IMG/VR virus record: IMGVR_UViG_3300014208_000039
Location: 1 to 64,000 of that record
Source of the DNA: a virus
Taxonomy: Duplodnaviria > Caudoviricetes
Length of the DNA: 64,000 bases
Strand: one strand, 5' to 3'
Below are positions 59,294 to 64,000 of this stretch, in pieces (positions within the stretch are counted from its first letter, which is position 1; every line of letters starts with the position of its first letter). The notes under the pieces were generated by a model, which was not told the origin of the DNA, ran no database searches, and worked only from the letters and a program-made list of their open reading frames with translations. Both the position numbers and the translations under genes were made by a program.

Positions 59294-61636
59294 ATGACAT
59301 ACAATAACCCGATTATTAAGGTGACATGGGAAGACGTACCGCAGAATTTTACTAAAGAAAGAATAAGAAGTGTTAGAACTTACTTTCAAAACAAGTATAA
59401 TAGTAAGAATATCAAAATTATAACAAAATCATTGATTAGTACTAATTCCACGACGCTTAAATCATTAGAAGTTTCGGAAAGCATTACCGATTATCAATAT
59501 CAGAAAAAGTTATTAAAAGAGTTCATTAAACAAAACGAACTTGAACTTGACATGGGTAAAATTGATAGGTTGGATAATAAAGTTAATGAAGAAATTGACA
59601 AAGTAAACACAAACAAAGTCAAATACAATAAGTGGTTCATCAAGAAAATAGAATTTTCAAATTTTCTTTCCTTTGGTCAGAACAATGTTATTGATTTTGA
59701 AGATTTAGACGGTATTACAGTTATCGAATCAACACCTAAGAATTTCGGGGGTAAGAGTACAGTTTCAATCGACCTTCTGTTATTTTTATTTTTCGGTACA
59801 ACCACAAAAACTAAACTTAACATTGATATCTTCAACAAATTTACTGAAGAAGATACGGTTTACGTAAAAGGAGAAATTGTTATTGATGGGGATGATTATA
59901 TTATTGAACGTAGTGCCACAAGAAAATTAAATAAAAGTGGCGAATATAAAGTAACCAATGTTTTGAATTATAGAATGAAAGTTGAAGATCCTGAAAAGGG
60001 AAACCAAAATGGGGAACAAAAACGTGATACCGAAAAGTTCATCATGTCAGCCATAGGATCTGAAGAAGATTTCTTAGCAACAATTCTTTCGACTGGTAAT
60101 AATTTAGAAGAATTGATAGAATCTAAACCAACGGCAAGGGGACAAACCCTTACTAAATTTTTAGGACTTGAAAATTTGAAGGTTAAAGAAGAAATTGCAA
60201 AGAGTATGTACCTTAATTGGAGTAAAACTCTTGTTAGTAACACATATAATAAAGTACAATTAAATATCGACAATGAAACATACACTTTATCCATCCAAAC
60301 GTCTGATGAGGAAATAGTACGTTTAAAAAATGAATTAGAAAATTCTGAAAAAGAAGTTAAACATCTTGGAGAAGAAAGGGATGAATTAAATCGTTTAAAA
60401 AGTAATGATGTTGATATGGATTTGGTTAAGACAAATCCAGAAACATTAAGAAGGGAAGTTGCCGAGTTAAAATTAAGACAGATGACTTCGAAAAATTTGT
60501 TTGAAAATACTAATGTGACTGAGCCTTCAAAATATTATGTTGAAGAAGAACATAATGTGTTAAAAAATCAAATCAATGATTTAGTTGTTGATGGAAAAAT
60601 GATTGATAGCCAAATAATAAGTCAAGAAAAATTGGTGAAGCAATTAGAAACAGGATCAATTTGTCCAACATGTAAAAGGTCGTTAGAAGATGTTGACCAT
60701 ACTGAAGAAATTAATAAATTGAAAAATGATATTGATTATAAAGGTAAGGAAAAATTAGATATTTTGGCTAAAATAGAGGAATTCAAAGAAAAGGAAAAGA
60801 AATTTATTGAAATCAAAAAAGAATACGATACCTATGAGAACAACAAATTGATTAAAGCTAAATATGAATTGGATGTTGAGCAAAAACAATTACAAATTGT
60901 CTCTAAGGAATTGAAATTAACACAATACGATTCAAATAAGAGGAAATTAGAAGAAAACACACAAATTGATTCGAAATTATCTGTTTTAAAGACCAAAATT
61001 GACACTTTAAACGGTTTTATTCGTCAAACTGATACCAACATCAATAAACACGTCAACAACATTACAAACTCGAAGGAAAAGATAAATTCTAATAAAGAAT
61101 TGATTAAGAAAATTGAATCAGAAGAAGAATATGCAAACATTTTCAAAATTTATCTAAATATTTTTGGTAAAAATGGTATTTCTAAAATAATAATGAAAGA
61201 TATGATTCCGTTATTAAATCAAGAATTGTATCGTTTGTTAGTGGATAGTTGTCATTTTATATTAGAGTTAAATGTAAATGAAAAAAATGAAGTTGAATTT
61301 ATTATGATTGATACCGAAACTAGGGTTACTAAATCGTTGGAATCCGGTTCAGGTTACGAAAAGACAATTTCTTCATTAGCTTTAAGAAGTGTATTAACTA
61401 AAATTTCATCATTACCTAAACCAAACGTGGTTGTAATGGATGAAGTTTTCGGTAAAATTGCTGATGAAAACCTTGAAATGGTTGGGGAATTCTTTAAAAA
61501 GATAAAAAATTATTTTGACCACATTTTAGTAATTTCTCATAACCCATTGATTAGGAACTGGTCTGACAATATTATTATGTTGAAGAAAGAAAATAATGTA
61601 TCTTCCATTGATTTTATTACCACAAAAATTTCGTAA
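59294..61636 (+). CDS. sbcC: SbcC/Rad50/gp46-like ABC ATPase with an N-terminal extension
   Basis: IKKIEFSNFLSFG, Walker A NFGGKST, zinc hook CPTC, signature-like SGSGYE, Walker B VVMDE, H-loop ISH. Confidence 0.9.
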   Translation: MTYNNPIIKVTWEDVPQNFTKERIRSVRTYFQNKYNSKNIKIITKSLISTNSTTLKSLEVSESITDYQYQKKLLKEFIKQNELELDMGKIDRLDNKVNEEIDKVNTNKVKYNKWFIKKIEFSNFLSFGQNNVIDFEDLDGITVIESTPKNFGGKSTVSIDLLLFLFFGTTTKTKLNIDIFNKFTEEDTVYVKGEIVIDGDDYIIERSATRKLNKSGEYKVTNVLNYRMKVEDPEKGNQNGEQKRDTEKFIMSAIGSEEDFLATILSTGNNLEELIESKPTARGQTLTKFLGLENLKVKEEIAKSMYLNWSKTLVSNTYNKVQLNIDNETYTLSIQTSDEEIVRLKNELENSEKEVKHLGEERDELNRLKSNDVDMDLVKTNPETLRREVAELKLRQMTSKNLFENTNVTEPSKYYVEEEHNVLKNQINDLVVDGKMIDSQIISQEKLVKQLETGSICPTCKRSLEDVDHTEEINKLKNDIDYKGKEKLDILAKIEEFKEKEKKFIEIKKEYDTYENNKLIKAKYELDVEQKQLQIVSKELKLTQYDSNKRKLEENTQIDSKLSVLKTKIDTLNGFIRQTDTNINKHVNNITNSKEKINSNKELIKKIESEEEYANIFKIYLNIFGKNGISKIIMKDMIPLLNQELYRLLVDSCHFILELNVNEKNEVEFIMIDTETRVTKSLESGSGYEKTISSLALRSVLTKISSLPKPNVVVMDEVFGKIADENLEMVGEFFKKIKNYFDHILVISHNPLIRNWSDNIIMLKKENNVSSIDFITTKIS

Positions 61637-61659
61637 TTCGAAAAAAAGCATTATCTTTG
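61629..61659 (+). promoter_or_regulatory. Bacteroidota-type sigma-A promoter upstream of clpP
   Basis: TTTCGTAATT then TATCTTTG (61652-61659), an exact TAnnTTTG. Confidence 0.65.
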
Positions 61660-61683
61660 TCTTATAATTTAAAAAAGAAATTT

Positions 61684-62358
61684 ATGAACGAAATTAAAGA
61701 TTTTAGTTTATATGCCAAAGATAGGGGCATAAGTAGTTTAAATTTACATCGTTACAACAAAGGGCTTGAATCAAGTTTGACTCCTTACATCCTTGAAGAA
61801 CGACAAATGAACGTTGCCCAAATGGACGTTTTTTCTCGTTTAATGATGGAACGGATTATTTGGGTAGCCGGTGTGGTTAACGATTACATGTCAACAATCG
61901 TACAGGCACAACTTATGTTTTTGGACAGTGTCGATAGTAATGACATTACGATGCACATCGACAGTCCCGGTGGTAGTGTTAAATCAGGGTTATCAATGGT
62001 AGATGTTATGGATTACATTCATTCCGACATCAGGACTATCAACACAGGAATGGCCGCTTCAATGGGTTCAATATTACTTGGAGCAGGAACAAAAGGAAAA
62101 CGAAGTTCTTTACGTTTTTCAAAAACCATGTTACATCAATCAAGTGGAGGTTTCGAAGGAAATATTCAGGATGCGACTATTTCTATGGCCGAATGGAATA
62201 AAACCAATGATCTTCTTTTCGAATTGTTGGGTGGATATTGTGGAAAAACAGCCGAACAAGTTAAACAAGACGCTCAAAGGGATTTTTGGTTGAGCGCACA
62301 GGAAGCTGTTAATTATGGTATCATTGACGAAGTTGTAGTTAAAAAGTCACTATTATAA
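61684..62358 (+). CDS. clpP: ATP-dependent Clp protease proteolytic subunit
   Basis: DVFSRLMMERII, IDSPGGSV, catalytic AASMG, MLHQ, RDFWLSAQEAVNYGIID. ATG 61684 is preferred over the track start 61657, which lies in the promoter. Confidence 0.93.
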   Translation: MNEIKDFSLYAKDRGISSLNLHRYNKGLESSLTPYILEERQMNVAQMDVFSRLMMERIIWVAGVVNDYMSTIVQAQLMFLDSVDSNDITMHIDSPGGSVKSGLSMVDVMDYIHSDIRTINTGMAASMGSILLGAGTKGKRSSLRFSKTMLHQSSGGFEGNIQDATISMAEWNKTNDLLFELLGGYCGKTAEQVKQDAQRDFWLSAQEAVNYGIIDEVVVKKSLL

Positions 62359-62382
62359 AAAAAGGGTACGCCCCTTTTTTTT
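62357..62382 (+). terminator. Intrinsic terminator after clpP
   Basis: AAAAAAAGGG-TACGC-CCCTTTTTTT. Confidence 0.6.
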
Positions 62383-62425
62383 ATCGTTTTTTTTCGTTAT
62401 ATTTATATACTTATATATAATAACG

Positions 62426-63169
62426 ATGAAAAACATTAATTACAAAGTAGCAATTCCATATGTCTTAGTAGTACTTTTAATAGCCGTAGGAGCATATTAT
62501 TTTCACAGAGTAAACAAGTTAGAAATTAGTTTACAGTCTGAAACTAATCTAAGATTAGCATTAGTTGACACAGTTGGTTATTATAGAAACCAAAGGAATG
62601 AATTGGTCGCCGAAAAGCGTACCTTACAGTTCAAACTTAACGATAAAGAGTTTGAAAACAAAGATTTAGTTAAACGAATTAAAGAAACTGAGAAAAAGAA
62701 CGCAACGTTAGAAAAAAAGGTAACTGTATTTGCTGCTGCGTTAATTGAATCACAAGTAACAATCGATTCTTTACAAAAAAGCAAAGTGTTTGTATCCGAA
62801 AGGGATTCAAGTGTGTTATTCACATTTAAAAGTCTGGATTTAGAATACACATTCAAAGTTAAACCTGTCTACACATTTCCAAAGCAACCGCCACTATTAA
62901 CGTTCGTTGATTTCAAAATTCCAAATAAACAGTACATTGAATTTCATTGGAGGAATAATCCGAAGGAAGGGTATCCTATTAGTTTTAGTGTAACTAATAC
63001 GAATCCTTACTTTAAGACAGTTAATATTGAAAGTTATGCTATTCCTGAAATTTATAAACCAGACATTAAACCTACTTTCTGGAAGAAGGTCGGTAATGGT
63101 ATAAAATCAGGTAGTAAGAACTTAATATATGTTGGTGTAGGAGCGGCGTTGGTATTATTATTGAAATAA
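62426..63169 (+). CDS. Membrane-anchored coiled-coil protein (possible spanin or lysis accessory)
   Basis: N-terminal TM helix, coiled coil, hydrophobic C-terminus (LIYVGVGAALVLLLK); TATTTATA upstream at 62400. Confidence 0.45.
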   Translation: MKNINYKVAIPYVLVVLLIAVGAYYFHRVNKLEISLQSETNLRLALVDTVGYYRNQRNELVAEKRTLQFKLNDKEFENKDLVKRIKETEKKNATLEKKVTVFAAALIESQVTIDSLQKSKVFVSERDSSVLFTFKSLDLEYTFKVKPVYTFPKQPPLLTFVDFKIPNKQYIEFHWRNNPKEGYPISFSVTNTNPYFKTVNIESYAIPEIYKPDIKPTFWKKVGNGIKSGSKNLIYVGVGAALVLLLK

Positions 63170-63612
63170 TGGAAACTTACATATTATTTTTTAGTGGTAA
63201 TTTTAAAACCAGAAAGGATTTAGAATTATTTACCGCTGGATCGTTTATTACAATGCCCAGTATTTTTTCTATAAAGTTTATCATTGAGAAGAGTGAATCA
63301 ATTATAGTTATTTTCAATTCTGAATTAGATACGGAACAATTAAAAGATAATCTACGTGTATTTCTTGAAAATGAGACAATAAAATTTTATTTTTTATTTA
63401 ACCTAAAATCTATTATAGATCAAAAATTACCGGAAGAAATAATGAATATGATATATAATGAAACCCCAAAAGATTCTGTTTTCTTTATTGAAGTTTTTAA
63501 TAAGGATATATCCGATTTTGACATTGATGAAATTCTTGAAAAAATTGAAAAAAATGGTATTGAAAGTTTAAGTAAGGCAGAAAAATATTTCCTTGATCAC
63601 TTTAAAAAGTGA
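63169..63612 (+). CDS. Hypothetical protein with a C-terminal DUF6576-like helix pair
   Basis: [26 protein letters not shown]. Confidence 0.55.
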   Translation: METYILFFSGNFKTRKDLELFTAGSFITMPSIFSIKFIIEKSESIIVIFNSELDTEQLKDNLRVFLENETIKFYFLFNLKSIIDQKLPEEIMNMIYNETPKDSVFFIEVFNKDISDFDIDEILEKIEKNGIESLSKAEKYFLDHFKK

Positions 63613-63661
63613 AGAAAAATGCGTATATTATACAGTTTATCAAATAAAAAATAACATTCAT

Positions 63662-64000
63662 ATGAAAAAATCTATTATTATTAACTCTGATGAAATTCAG
63701 CACTACATTAAAGACATTCGTAAAATTCCTGTTATTACACATAAAAGACAGGATGAAATTTTTGAAAAATTAAATTCTAAAGATACAACTGAGGCCGAAA
63801 GGTTTAAATTAAAAGAGGAATTGGTCACCGGCAATTTACGGTTTGTGATTTCTATTGCTAAAGGTTATCAAAGTCAAGGATTGGACTTAATGGATTTAAT
63901 ATCTGAGGGTAACATTGGTTTAATTAAAGCTTCCGAAGAGTTTGATCCAAGCAGAGGATTAAAATTTATTTCATATGCCGTATGGTGGATTAGACAATCG
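63662..64000 (+). CDS. RNA polymerase sigma-70 family factor (truncated by the window end)
   Basis: Not in the ORF track. ATG 63662 reads [83 protein letters not shown] (regions 1.2 and 2). Confidence 0.93.
   Translation, partial: MKKSIIINSDEIQHYIKDIRKIPVITHKRQDEIFEKLNSKDTTEAERFKLKEELVTGNLRFVISIAKGYQSQGLDLMDLISEGNIGLIKASEEFDPSRGLKFISYAVWWIRQS

Noticed and set aside
3747-62856. Remaining short minus-strand and nested ORFs in the track
   Set aside because: All lie inside well-supported + strand genes, have no recognisable motifs and lack upstream signals.
1-64000. Stop-codon reassignment (alternative genetic code)
   Set aside because: Very long ORFs are intact under the standard code, coding density is high, and TAA, TAG and TGA all serve as gene ends.
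1-64000. tRNA or rRNA genes
   Set aside because: Intergenic gaps are short and no cloverleaf or rRNA-like sequence was recognised by eye; tRNAscan-SE would be needed to be certain.
1-64000. Bacterial chromosome or extracellular contractile injection system locus
   Set aside because: Baseplate genes are interleaved with a complete T4-like replication set, homing elements and a single-strand gene layout, which fits a large phage.

Overview
A 64-kb, strongly AT-rich segment of a large lytic dsDNA tailed phage (myovirus with a T4-like baseplate). All credible genes are on the + strand and use the standard genetic code. Order: Hef-like homing endonuclease; tail chaperone, tape measure and baseplate hub (0-16 kb); T4-like replication block with ssb, recA/uvsX, 5'-3' exonuclease, DnaB-like helicase and intein-containing class II ribonucleotide reductase (16.8-24.8 kb); baseplate wedge and peripheral virion/fibre genes interrupted by a solo tnpB (26-53.6 kb); resolvase, primase, exonuclease, SbcD/SbcC-like pair, clpP and a sigma-70 gene cut by the window end (53.7-64 kb). 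Bacteroidota-type TAnnTTTG promoters, the lack of obvious Shine-Dalgarno motifs and Bacteroidota surface-protein modules point to a Bacteroidota host (inference). The most notable observation is a 2147-aa baseplate protein built as wedge domain, degenerate Hint (intein-like) domain ending His-Asn, mucin-like Thr/Pro stalk, FN3 domain and a C-terminal type IX secretion (type B CTD) sorting domain. Others are a strong [S/T]-G-x-T motif enrichment largely confined to peripheral virion proteins, a circularly permuted FISUMP domain flanked by in-frame direct repeats, a probable +1 frameshift in the tail chaperone, and a tnpB with a rearranged RuvC centre behind the phage late-type promoter. All domain calls are by-eye motif recognition; no database searches were run.
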